DNA of 63,850 nt, counting the filler, from Sluysia triapertura (lineage: Eukaryota): NCBI GenBank assembly GCA_046118255.1. It is 5 parts of 5 records of this genome, joined end to end, with 100 filler letters (N's around TTAATTAATTAA, not from the genome) between each part and the next. Parts side by side here need not be neighbours in the genome. Positions count along the whole stretch, not along the records: positions 24,146 to 39,006 come from JBJNIA010246429.1; 4 more parts are not named here. One strand, written 5' to 3'. Below the pieces are notes generated by a model. The model searched no databases. It was not told the DNA's origin and saw nothing but the letters and a program-made list of their open reading frames with translations. Made by a program: the position numbers and the translations under genes. Shown piece after piece: positions 24,895-37,849 of this stretch (position 1 is the first letter of the stretch; each line of letters starts with the position of its first letter).

Positions 24895-26139
24895 ATGTTA
24901 TATACGTCATTAAATCATAAATGTTCTTCAAAGTACGTCAAATATTTATATCGTTCGTTTACTTTCAGTGCCCGTCAATTTGTTACAAACACTCACACTA
25001 AATTAACTCAACCACCTATATTTCCTTTTTCTTTTTCAGATAAATCAACTATTCATTGGAATTTTAATTCTTTAAATTGGTGACAAATGAATCTTTGATC
25101 GATTTTCGAGATGTTTACGAAGAAATGATTAAGCTATTTGAAGAAATCAAATTATTCTATTACCAAGTAGAATAATTATAAATCAATAAAATTTTCCTTA
25201 ACTTTTACAAAACTACCACTTACTGAATCAATTGATAACTATATCATGTTCAAAAGACGTTCTTTATTATTCAACTTTAAAGCTACAAGTCCATTTTCTT
25301 TAAATCCTCAAACTATTGATGATATAAAAATAAATCTAAGTAATATTCAATTAATATTTAATAATGGTGTTATTGTAAAAAGTTACCATGAGGATATTAA
25401 ACGTTACAGTACAAACTATGACAAGTTATACGATGTTTTTGTAGAAAAGGAGTTCTATAAAAGCAAGTTCTACTATTAAGATTGCAATACTTATACAATT
25501 ATGATAAAGATATCACAACCATATTAGTATTAAAGATGGTATCCCTTAGCACGTCACACAAGCAAGTTATATTTCTAGAAACGTATTTTAAGAAAATGAT
25601 TATGCATTTATGATTTGCATTACATGAATATTCAAATTAATCATCCAGAAATGAAGAAAGCTCTAGAATCAGGAAATGTGAATGTTCATCGACTAAAAGA
25701 TTTAGAGATGCCTCAATTTATATGGAACCATGTCGTGACGCTGCCATTTTCATCGTCAGCACTGATCCAGAGACGTTTTCCAACTGTTTCACAGTGGCTG
25801 AATATTGTTTTTGATCCTAAAACAAATGCTCAAAGACAATCTATTTCTATGCCATTTTTCAAAGCGATTTTCACTAATCAGATACCAGCAGCGCAATGTC
25901 CCTACGGAGTGGATTCTAATATTTATAAAAAGTATGGAGTATACTGTCCATATTATCATAATATATTCGAAATTAACACGAATAAGGGTCAGGCAATAAA
26001 ATATGGAAATTATCAATACCACCGGCAGTTCAACAATAATCAACCAAAAAGGCACTGTCAAAATAATGATACTATTTATAAAGAAGCTACCACCAGTAGT
26101 GTCTCAATAGTTTCCGACTGTGGACATAAAAAGACTTAA
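24895..26139 (+). pseudogene. RecQ-like/CCCH chimeric pseudogene, copy B
   Basis: DVYEEMIKLFEEIKLFYYQVE (IKLLYVTPE-like), KATSP...TIDDIKINL, and AQCPYGVDSNIYKKYGVYCPYYHNIFE paralogous to copy A QCPY...K.GV.CPY...FE; multiple stops. The RecQ similarity is weaker than in copy A. Confidence 0.55.
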
Positions 26140-27504
26140 AGCAAAATTTTTAAAAACAATTTTAGTAGAACTTAAATTTGATGTTTTAAAAAATAAAATT
26201 ATATGTTTTTACTTCGTTTATTTTAATAAATTTTATGATGCAGTAAAGATAAAAAGTTTCTAGATAAAATTTATGAAATAACTTATAAATATTACAATAG
26301 ATTCTTATAACTCAATATTTGTAACTTATAATTTACTATTAATTATACTATTTCAAAAACTTGTCTGAATACTATTATAATTTCTTCATAATTAATTTAT
26401 TTCTATTAATTAGTTTCGGTATTTAGCCAACTTTATTCTTTAATATAATACACTTTCAGTTTCATTCTATGTATTTTCGTATTTATTTGACCAATTTCTT
26501 TTGTAATAATTTTTAATAATTCTTTACAAGAGTTTCTCATATATTAGATTTGGTATACAATATTATTATTTCACATATTGTAGTTCATTTGAATAAATTA
26601 GTAAGTAATATAATTTTACAAATATATATTATTTCACATTTATGTGATATATATAACACATAAGTAAGCAATATATCTTAAACTTAAATAATACTATTGC
26701 ACAGACCTAAGTTATATATAACAATTATTATTATTGTTTTTATTATTCATTTTTAACGATAAACATAGTCCTGCAAATTATTATTTGAGTTATGAAGCCA
26801 AATAAATAAAATTTTGAAAAATTTTGTAAATGTTAAAATAAATGTAAACTAAGTATGGTTAAACAAATGCTGTAAAACATTAAATATAAAGATGAAATTG
26901 ATCATATTATCGCAATAATATATAGTTTAAAATTAGATAAATATGTAATGAATTTGTCTTTATAGTTGAATAAGTCAATTGTAGAGTAGTTATAAAGAAA
27001 TTTAAAAACCCATTTACCCTTAATATAATGACTGCAAAATCCATAAAAAAGACCATTTAAAACAAGCAAAACACATTACAATAGTAAAAGTTAGATAAGA
27101 ATGATAAATGAATCATTTTATATTTATCAATATAAATAATTGTAGTCTTGTCAAAATTGGTAATGTTAACACTTATATAAATATGAATATAATGCAGCTT
27201 TATTTTTAAAAGGTATTTTAAAACAAAAAAAACATTATTTTAAATTAGTAATACATTACTCTGTATTTTAACTTTAGATTAATGTTGTAATGCATTGTTT
27301 AATATTAATTCGTATGGTACAAAGAGAGTACGAGTTATTATTTCCAGCAGAAAGAGAAATTTTATATATTAATAAAATAATCGAATTACAATGAGGCTTA
27401 ATACCATTTAGTATTAGGACAAAATTACAGAATAAATTCATAAATTTAAATGTAAACTTTAAAAGGAGCTTAAGACCTGTTATCACGGTTTAGTAAAACC
27501 ATAC

Positions 27505-27805
27505 CTTGTTTATTCAATAAAAGAGCAACGCAATCCTGAGAGAATAAATACAAATAGGAAAATTTAATAGAAAATTTGAAATAACAAAAATAAAAATTAT
27601 AAAGTTTTACTGTGTGCACTTTCTTTGTCTTCTGTGGAACTTTTAAGTTAACTTTGTATTTTTCCACGGGTCGACCGATATTCGTCACTGTCATAAAATG
27701 CGAGTAACTGAATCCGGCAACACATTCCAGATAACCACTTCTAAAATTTAAATGTTGACTATTTTGTGGATTAAGTTTAAAATCGCGTCTTTTATATAAT
27801 TTCAT
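27505..27805 (-). CDS. Possible exons (27620-27805, 27505-27535) of an ASH/PapD-like (MSP-type) domain protein
   Basis: HLNF...GFSYSHFMTVTNIGRPVEKYKV resembles ASH/PapD-like repeats of ciliary proteins. TCTCAG acceptor and GTATGG donor flank DCVALLLNKQG. Flanking exons not resolved. Confidence 0.35.
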
Positions 27806-27999
27806 GATTAATTAACAAATCAGCATTTAGTACATATCTATTTAAATTCGATGTAATTTTAATTTTAGAATAAACTTCGCTAGTTTCTAAAACATAACTA
27901 TCTTTACACTTCTTCGATTTTATATTTAACATAATTTAAATCAAAAAATATAACTTTATTCAACATAACATTAAATAATTGAAGTAGATGATGTAGTTG

Positions 28000-28900
28000 A
28001 TAGATTTCAGAAGAATAATTTCGGTTTGCTTGTTCGTAATTAGTAAACTTAGTTTCTGTACATTATACCACTTAATTATAGTCGAATAATTTCTGACACA
28101 ATTTGATTACATAACTAAAGTGTTTACATTGGGATATAATTTGACGGTGGCCAGGATAAGAATGTGTAATCGAAAACTGGATTTAATGAAATATTTTTTC
28201 TAATGATTTTAAGTTTCTTCCGAGTGTTATCTAAACAAATATATATTGTAAAATCATCTGCACATATCTGCCATTTGGTCAGTAATTAGTTTCTTTACAG
28301 AAATCTTATCCTTTTGAACTATTTAAAGGAAAAATACATTTTGTATTACTTAACGCTGCATAACAATGATTCACTTCAGTATTTAACGCCCATTTCAAAT
28401 TAATTGTTTAATTTCCTTATGCGAATCTTAATGTGAGGGTCTTTATGTAATGTGCAGGCTGGTGAGTCATTTAATTATAGTCTTGTTTAAAGTTCTAATT
28501 CAAATTATCCTTACTTTTCAGAAGATTTTATAAGTCTTAATCGTCATATTTATATATGATATTTAATATTTATGCAATGTATTAATTTGTTTAAAACTAT
28601 TTTGAATCAGATTCTCGTCAACTTTCAGAAAATTTTATAAGTCACAGTGGTTATAATTATATCCGATACTTAATTTGTTACTATGTTTCTTTATAAATTT
28701 AAATAATTTTACTTTTAATTATTTAATAATGGTAATTCAATCTTTGATTATCTAATAATGGTAGTTCAAGCTATTTCTTTTTAACTTAATGATAAAATTC
28801 TATGATTCCTTATCCGTTGATAATATATCTGAAGAATGTTACTGCTCCCTTTTTACTAAATTCAATTAATAATTCAAAAATAACAATATGAATGTATATT
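28000..28900 (-). mobile_element. Decayed LINE reverse transcriptase fragment
   Basis: Minus strand ICADDFTIY (YADD-type motif) at ~28245-28268 within interrupted coding-like sequence. Confidence 0.5.
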
Positions 28901-31276
28901 GTGCAAATATTTATAATATAAGTACAATTTAACAACAAAATATAACACGGCAATATTATAAATACAGACAATTAATTTAAACTTAACAATAGATATTTCT
29001 AATTTAATTTGTTAATTTTAGTAGAGAATTTATCTCTACTAGAGTTATTAATGACTTATTATTTTAACAGGGACAAAAGTTAACAAAAATCACTTACAAA
29101 AATATTTCAAATGCAGGCTCGAAAATCAGCAAATTAGTCCAATAGGCACTGTTGTCTAAATAATTTGCTTGGGTGAGTTTTTTCTCGTTCTGTGCAGACT
29201 TCTCGATATTCCAAATTTTAAATTATATAATACAATATCTGAACGGTTAGATCACTAGAAAATTGTTGAGGATTTACAAATAGAAATTTTGTGAGAGCTA
29301 TTCACTTTATTTTACTGTCTTTTATATATTGTTTTCGGTCTTTGGGATTTGATATTTTCATAAGTAATTATTAACTTTCGTAATTTCATAATATAATAAC
29401 TAAATTTAATAATTTCAGATAACGATCAGATAATGAAACATATATAGTTGGTATTTTAAATTTATTATTTATTATTATTATTTTAATTGCAGATAGCGTA
29501 CGGTTAATTTTCGCTTATTATTATTTTTGTTGTTATTGTTGCTATATATTTTTATGTTATATCATGTACAATAATTTAGTTTTGCTTACCTCTAACTTTT
29601 ACTTTGTTATTTGCTATATTTTATTACTTTAATTTGATTGTTTAAAATTAATCTGAAGGTTTAAGTCTTTACTCGTCTCAGATGTACGAGATGGAAGTGC
29701 TTTAGTTATTTTATAAATTTAAAATTTCAAACTTTCTCCTTATTTAAGACACAAGATTTATTAAAAACAAAAAATATAAAAAAATAATTTGAGTACCACA
29801 CGTAACTTAATAGTGATTATTGTATGTTAATTTATTCAAAAGTTAATCGTTGAATTCTCTTTCTTTTCAATTAAATCACTTATAATTAAAATTTTCAATT
29901 CAAAAAACCTAGCAATAGTCTTGAACGAAATTGTAACTAATCTTCAATTATTTTTAGAAGTCTTCAATATCTTCAATATAATCCTGATAAAAATTGTGAT
30001 ATGTCTTCAATATTCTTCACTATAAACCTGATAGTAATTGTGATATTTTAGTGCAATTTGTTGATCATTACATACTATTTGCAATAATAAATTCCAATAC
30101 TATTTATTTCTATAATTCCAATATTAATTTATTTATACTATAAATTTATAAATAATGATTATTCCAATATTAATAAATTCTATAGTAATTTTATACTATG
30201 AATACAAATAATTTTTAATTTAATATAATATAATAATTTTATATTACTTTGCAATTAGTTTTTTGAATCTTGTATTTTCGATTTTAATTTTTAGAAATTT
30301 TTATTTTATAACATTATTATTATTATTCAGAAATTAACCGTGACCGTGATCTGTACCTCTGACAAAATAGTATTAAGAATTTTTTGGCCTTAGATTATAC
30401 CAGTAGAAAGCACTTTTTAACTCAGGATTTTCTGCGGATAAAAATATTGGCAATATTATAGTTGAAAATTAATGAAATTATTGATAATTTAAATTTTTAA
30501 ATTTAAACAAAATAAAATTTACAAAAAATTAAAAATTACCTGTTTCCTTTTTCTTATACATTATTTTTATATATTAATTTTTTATTTATTATATATCTTA
30601 GTGCGTAAAGTGTTTAATTAATTTTTGAATTTGACACTTTAAATTGTACCTCCATATCCATCACCATAGACGAGTTCAGAACTAAGTTCCACATTATAGA
30701 AATTAATCCAATTTACAAAAAAGATTTTCGAAGTACAACCTAGATAATTTGAACTCTAAAATATATCAAAGGATACATTATATAATAAATTGAAAGAAGT
30801 TGTGCCTTACATTTAAGAGGAAATATGTTAAGTATGTCGAAACACCTCTAAGATTAGTATCATTTAACAGAAAAACGTTGGCAATAAGTTTATGATATAA
30901 ATAAATTGCATTTGATTAATTTTATGAATAAAAATATAAAACTGAAAGAAATGCTATTATACGCATTTCATTTTCATATAATAAACAAAGAAATAGTTAC
31001 TTTGGTGTACACATCTGTTATATATTTTAGAAATGGCCAATATTAAACTTGAACAAGATAAATTATTATTTGTCACGTCAAGCGTCGGAATTTAAATAAA
31101 TTATTCGAAAAGTTAAAATTTTCTTAAATATGAAAATAATATTTAAAAATAATCTATTTTGATATAAATAAGCTTTCACTTTTGAATATAAGGGTTAGGA
31201 CTCAGGATAACGGAATAAAGTTAACATTATTAAAGAATTAAGATAAGGTATGATGACGAACTGTGATGGTAAATAA

Positions 31277-31403
31277 TGCTAGGATATGGGCCTAAGGTGC
31301 CATGATGGTAAAATAAAATAAAATTATTAGATGGGGTTGATAGATCAGTGGCAGAGCATCGAACTGCGCAGCAAGAGGTCAGTCCATTTTATGAATTCTA
31401 ACA
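31277..31403 (+). mobile_element. tRNA-core element copy 3 (T-arm deleted)
   Basis: TGCTAG...GGCCTAAGGTGCCAT...GGGGTTGATAGATCAGTGGCAGAGCATCGAACTGCGCAGCAAGAGGTCAGTCCATTTTATGAATTCTAACA. The B-box is lost between two GGTC microhomologies. Confidence 0.85.
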
Positions 31404-31419
31404 AAAAGCATTTAAAATA

Positions 31420-33260
31420 TTTGAATCAAAATAAAATAATGAGATAAAGCTGTAGAAATTGCAGACTGGACACAACTAAAATTTAAACCAGAAAAATGTG
31501 GTTATTTTTCCTTTTCCGAAAACAGAAAAGCATCGACTATATAGGGAAACCAAATACCAATAATATCTACGAACTCGTACAAATACTTGGAGTATATTTT
31601 GGTCACTTCCAAAAGCATGATCCAAAAGAGCTATCCGAAAAGGTTATTCAAGAATTTGATAAAATCTGCAAAAGCGCACTAAAACCGTAGCAAATGTTGG
31701 ATGTCTACAAAAGATTTATGCATCTACGTCTACAATGCATATTGAGAATATCATGGTTCAATGTTGACATATTATCTGGTCAGGGATTCAAAAATGATAC
31801 TGGTGAGTATATTAAAAAACCTGGATATGGTGCAAAAATACGCATGCTATTTAAAAGACTTCTGAAGCTACCACATTATGCAACGAATTATTACATTTAT
31901 TCTCCAATATCTAAAGGTGGAGTTGGCTTAATCTCGGCCAGGGATGATTATGCAGTTAATACGATTATTTTTGCATTCCGGATGTTAGTTTGTGATAATG
32001 AAAACGTTTCATAACTTGTCTTTCAAGAACTTATCAATACATCATCGCGACACTTACATTTAACACAATTCTAATAATCTAGATCCATTTGAATGGCTTC
32101 TTTCTGGTCAAGGACGTGAAATATTTCCCAGTTTGTGGTGTGTGGTCAGGAACAGCATTTTCTATCTAAATCACAACTTTTAATTAATATAAATTTTGTT
32201 AAATTAGAGTTTGGTGTATGTTTAAAATTACAATTAAATAACAAAATATCAAATGTTATAGATTCAAAACTAATAATATCTAAATATAAAAATAAAGTAG
32301 GTGAAACATTGAGACAATATATCGGCAATCATCACTTTTATAAATGGTCGAGTCAAAAAATAGCTGGTAAATGTGATCTAGCATTATCGAACTCAAGAAT
32401 TTCTACGTCAATTCTTACGATTTAGTCAATGGGCCTTAATTCACAGAGCTCAAACTAATTCTCTACCAATTAATGGGAGACCCGATAAAAATTACAACGA
32501 CAGACTCTGTCGCTGATGCAAAAAATGGCCTGAATTGCAACTACATATTCTGAATCACTGTGTCAACAATTGCGAACTTATTACTGACAGACAATTCTGA
32601 ACTTCGAATAATAGCAAAATACCTTCATGATTGCGAAATTATTATTATCGATCGAATATGTTAATTCAGTTGAAGCATGTCGAGAGTCGATATCCAATTA
32701 ATATCGCAATCAAAGACGAAATGTATACTGATCGATATCAAAGTTGCATACAATGAATCTAATAATATGGCACTAACTCGTAGTCTTAACGAAGCCAAAT
32801 ATCAATCTTTCGTCAATGAGATCAAATCAAGCAAACCAAACTGGACAGTATTTCTTGATACAATTTGTGTTTGATCTCTTGTTAGCTGGTATTCCGAGAA
32901 CAACAAAATATTGAAGCTAATTTGACTGCCAGAGGCAGCGATCGATAAAAGAAGGAAAGAAATCATAATAGAATCAATCATTGGCAACTGCGAAATCTAC
33001 ATTATCCACAACAACGGAATATTCATAGAAACTGCCGGCGATACAGACAAAATGAGGAACCTGGACTAGTGGCGAAGTGATTAGAACTGAAAGTAGTGGC
33101 GAACAAACAAATAGAGAGATATAATGTATAATATTTTACAAACATTTGCTAATAACTGAAAAAGACGTGATCAATATATATAAAAATTTATATTTTTGAG
33201 TTTTTATATGTATATATAAACTATTTATGTACATTTTTATTTTGTTAAAAATAAATTATT
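31420..33260 (+). mobile_element. 5'-truncated, frameshifted NeSL/Utopia-like RLE non-LTR retrotransposon, family 2
   Basis: WTQLKFKPEKC, YLGV-like, KSALKP, YSPISKGGVGL, WALIHRAQTNSLPING...CR.CKK..E...HILNHC (CCHC), RVDIQL...LIDIKV...NEAKY...LVSW..EN; AT-rich 3' UTR with AATAAA near 33250. Confidence 0.85.
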
Positions 33261-33558
33261 TTCTTGTCCTGAAGAAACAACCATTTGCAGGATTTTATTT
33301 GTTAAAATCTTAAAGTACATCTGATATTTAACTTAATTAAATTTTGTTTAATTTGATAACTCAGTAAAATGTTTGCTTATGATAAAATGATATTGGATTT
33401 ATTGTATAATGTTGAGTTTTATTATTGGTTTTAATGATGAATTATTGTGAAGCATGTCAACGTAGATAAAGTAAAAATTAGTTATTTTAATTAATTTTTA
33501 TAATTTAAAATTAAAGTTAATATGTTCTGATGTCTAAGTACTAATAAAGTAAATATCA

Positions 33559-33623
33559 GTTAGACTTCATAAAGTGGACTGACCGGGGATCGAACCCGGG
33601 ACCTCTCGCTTTGCAGTTCGATG
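33559..33623 (-). mobile_element. tRNA-core element copy 4, 3' half only (target of family 1 insertion)
   Basis: Minus strand CATCGAACTGCAAAGCGAGAGGTCCCGGGTTCGATCCCCGGTCAGTCCACTTTATGAAGTCTAAC. Confidence 0.9.
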
Positions 33624-35100
33624 AATTGAAAACTTTTATTTTTAACACATGGTACGAAGTATAAATAATCAAAGATAATTAAAAAAATTTGATCAAAACA
33701 ATTTCTAAAATTGTAACATTCAAAGTTAATGCCACTGGATCTTGGTTGAATTAGTTGGAATAGTCTGAATTGTTCTTGATTGGACCATTGTGACGTGAAG
33801 AGAGAAAAATATTTAAAATGAGGAAGAAGAAAGAGAGTTGAAAAATGAAAGAGAACCAGAACATGAACAGGCGGTAGAAAAGAAGAAATAGAAATAAAAT
33901 AATTTGTAAGAAAACTTTCAAACGTACAAGAGGAAATAAATTAGTTAGTCAGGAAACTGGAGATTCTAGAGAAAGTTTGGCACACTGACGAGCTAGAGTC
34001 TTAATTTCTGCCTTGCGAAAACCCAAAGGTCATTATCAGGATCCCAGGACCGAAGGGTATCCACAACAAAGGTATCGAGGGAAACCTGACACTTAAGTTG
34101 CACTTGCAATTTTCCACGCTGATCTTCATATTTAGGCAAGTTAAAGTTCCGCACAGATTTAAAGTTCTCGTAGATATCAATAGGAGACTTAATATCAATG
34201 AGAAAAAGTTTTGACGAATTTGACGGCTTGAATATTTGGGCGCCGAGTCTCTCCAATAATCGGCGTTTGAGAATCCTTTTTTACGAGAAAGAATTTCAAC
34301 CAGGCACTCAAGAAGTTTATTGTGTCTCACAGTTCCGCCGATACGAGTGTGAGGGCACAAACAAAGAATATGAGAAATAGATTTTTTATCAAACCCACAC
34401 TAGCGGAAAGTTAAAGTTTCGTGAAGGCGAAGGTTATGTGGCGAGAAATTTATTTTAAGAATGTTGTTGCGTGCCTTGAGCATGAAAGCCCAGCGGTCTT
34501 CCTGAAGTGGACTTTTCATGAGGCAGTCAACAAAAAAACCCTGACATTGAGGAAATGTTAATAAGTTCATGAAAGTATTTGCAATCTTTTCTATATGAAA
34601 CCGATTAAAAATGATGCTATTTTCGCTGCCACCTAAGGATTCACAACTAATGGATAATTTAATATGATTGTCTTCATTGGAGCAGAGAAAAGGACAGAAA
34701 TATTGCATTTTCGCTTTAAGTTAATAAAGGAAGTGCGAATTTAAAGATGCGCATATTTATCCAGCTGACATCCATTTAACCACATCAAATCATCATAGGT
34801 ATTGGCAACCTCTAGCGACTCTCAGCAGTTCATCCAACGCAAGGATGCGGATAAAAGATATGCGACTAATGAAGAGTCGAAATGTACAGACTATATTTTG
34901 GCACACATAGTCATCATAGTAGGGTCATCGTGGTTCTTATGCGCAAAGAAGAAAATATTATTAAGATGAAAGGTTTTAAGGCCCAGAACATGTTTAAATA
35001 TTTGACGAAGCTTTCCATCTAAAGCAACAGTTTGAGGGAGATTCTTGGATTGCTTCGATTGCGGGCTATCTAAATAAGGTTTGGATAAACGTTTTGAAGT
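33624..35100 (-). mobile_element. NeSL/Utopia-like RLE non-LTR retrotransposon, family 1 (longer 5'-truncated copy)
   Basis: ALDGKLRQIFKHVLGL, QCQG..., RWAFMLKARNNIL, CPH...VRHNKLL, LFLIDIKSP...KY...SLDTFVVDTLRSWDPDND. The 3' end AAAATAAAAGTTTTCAATT abuts CATCGAAC. Confidence 0.88.
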
Positions 35101-35519
35101 GTAAGGACACTTTTGAACTTCTGAACCTTGGGATCACTTTAGACCTTGTTGATCTTTCAGAATATTTGAAGACATTTAAAATCTTAATAAACTTTTGAGA
35201 CATTCGAGTAACTTTGTAAAAATGTTTGAAACCTTTTAAAATGTTTGAAACCTTTCAAGAATTAATATCATAGTTAATGATATTAAAAATAAATTTAATA
35301 CATTAATGATTAAAATAAAAAGTAGAAAAAGTAATCAGAGTGGTGTAGGTGAAAACATCTGAGTACCTTATAACGTATTTAATAGATTTATAACCATAAT
35401 AAAACCTTTAAATTTAGAATAAAATAACTAATTAATTAACTTAATTAAGAAAAAATACGTTTGTGTGAATAACTTTTGAATGAGGAATGCTATGTTAAAA
35501 CTGTAATTGCGTATATGTA

Positions 35520-36600
35520 TATAAGGAGACCTTCCGATCAAGATAAGGTTTGATAAAGCCTCTATATTGAGCAAAGTCGAATTTTGATTAATTTTTAATT
35601 TAAAATGATGAAGAAATGATGAGTTAAGTATGGAGTGATTGCTATGAAATAAGAAAATCTAAAAATGAGATTGAAATGTTTGTGAAATGGTTCGTTGAGA
35701 ATGAGAACATTAAACATTTTCCATTAAATAACTGAGTGTGAGGAATTGAAAATTAATTATTATGTAAAAACTAAAGTTAATTTCAATATTTTTTATTATG
35801 TCAATAATAATAATTGTTATTCTAATGTAAAAAGTGATTCATGAAAAAATAGATTGAGTAGAGTAGAAGAATAAATGAGAGTTGATTGTTAATCGAATTG
35901 TTTACCATGTAAGTGTCAAAGTCGTTTTAGTCGGTTTAATCTTTAAAAGTGGTTTTGATGATTTGTGTAAAAGTAATTTCTGATTGTGACTTTAAGAGTG
36001 ATTGGACGGGCAAGAGATATAAAACGAATACATAAAAAATTTTTCAACATAATACTTGAGACGTTTACAAGAAAAAAGAAAATCCATGATGATGGTAACA
36101 TTTTTGATTATTTTATAATTTTAGTTATTCAAAATAGCTTAATATTTTAATTTATTTTATAATGTTAATTAATTAAAATAAAAACATAATTTATTTAATA
36201 ATTTTTGAATAAGTTAAGTTAAACGAAAAATTGATTTTTATTTGATTTTAATTGATTTTTTTAGGGAGACTCCTTGCCCGGATTATTTTGAATTGTCTTG
36301 AATTATACATTTAATTATTATTTTTTAACTTTTATCTCTGCCCAAATTATATTTTTATAGTTTTTTTGGTTATTACGTTAAAATAAGGACATTTGACAAG
36401 AGAGAAATATAAATGTTATCGACTTTAATTTTTGGAGATATTGCTATTTTAATTTTCTGATTGTTGCGTTACTTCTGGTTTCCTTTTCAACATATTATTG
36501 CGTGTTTAATATCGATAATAAACAGATATATTGTTGATTTTAAGATTTAATCATTTTTAGTTGATTTTTTAGTTAATTTGTTTTTTTTGTAGTTAATATT
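35520..36600 (+). repeat. Dispersed repeat, inverted paralogue of 37850-39000
   Basis: Shared blocks in opposite orientation, e.g. AAATGGTTCGTT/AACGAACCATTT, AGATTGAGTAGAGT/ACTCTACTCAATCT, TTTACCATGTAAGTGTCAAAG/CTTTGACACTTGCATGGTAAA, ATATTGAGCAAAGT/ACTTTGCTCAATAT. Confidence 0.8.
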
Positions 36601-37849
36601 AATTATATAATACTATATAGTATTGATTTGTTTTTGTTAATTTGAAAATAATAAATAATTTTTGGGTTAATTTAATTATTAAGTTCTTGTTAATAATTTT
36701 GATTTTAGGCGCAACAAATTTAGGAGTTAAAATAAGAGAATTAAAACATATTTCAAAATAAAACATGTTACCTATTTTACCTCCCATTTAAGAAAGGTGA
36801 TATAACATTATTTATAATCAATAATAAAATTTATTTTTAAAAAGTTTTAAACTAATAGTTGTTGATTACTTAGTGAACATAAAGTCAACTAATAAGATTA
36901 TAATTGACTAATACGTACAAGCGTAAGAAAAATTAGTGACTTCTATAATCTTAAGTAATCTTGTCATTATTCTAAAAACCTGTGAATAAGCCCTTAAATG
37001 TGTACGTCTTAGATAACACGCGAACTCAATTAATCTTTATAACTTTTTTATGATAGTATGTTTTCTGATTTATGAAATGTAATATATTTATAATACACTT
37101 GCGATTAAACAATATTTTAATTCTGAGCCTTGATTTTAAGAGATATTTAAGAAATATAACGCGAATTTTTAAAAAGTACCAACTAGTGTACATTTAATTC
37201 ACCTGTACTGTGTAATATTGTGTAATAAAAATAGCATTTTTTTCCTTATGCCATGCACTTTTATAAGTAAAGTATTAACGTTATCTCGCCTATTTACTTC
37301 TTGATATACGTCAATAAAATTTTTTTATAAATATATTATCTAAATGATTTTAACTTACAAAATTATATTTCATTTAAATCTTGGGATTGCCCAATTAGTG
37401 AATAGAAATAAGTTATAAGGTTAGAGAATTTAAAATATATAAAAGTATATAAAATATCTGAAACATAATTAACTATTGCTAGAGCAAGAATAATGAAAAT
37501 GTTTATATTCATTTTGAAACCGAAGAATACCTTGGAGTTCTGAAGACCTTTTTAGAGTATTAAGATCCTTATGAAGGCTTAAGAAGGGTTTGGAAAGATG
37601 CCTTTGATCTTTTAAACCTTAAGATTGTTTGATACCATATTGATTTTTGAACGTTAATAGTGCTTGGAATTAATGTTAAAGAATTAAATTCATAGTTAAT
37701 AATATTAAAGAAAAACTGATTATTATTAAATTATTTAAAATAAATATCAATTTAATTAACTTAAAAAGAATCTCAATTATTTAAGTATTCACTAGATCAA
37801 ATATAAATTTTCAATAATTCTCTTATTTAATATCAATAATTATTCCCAC

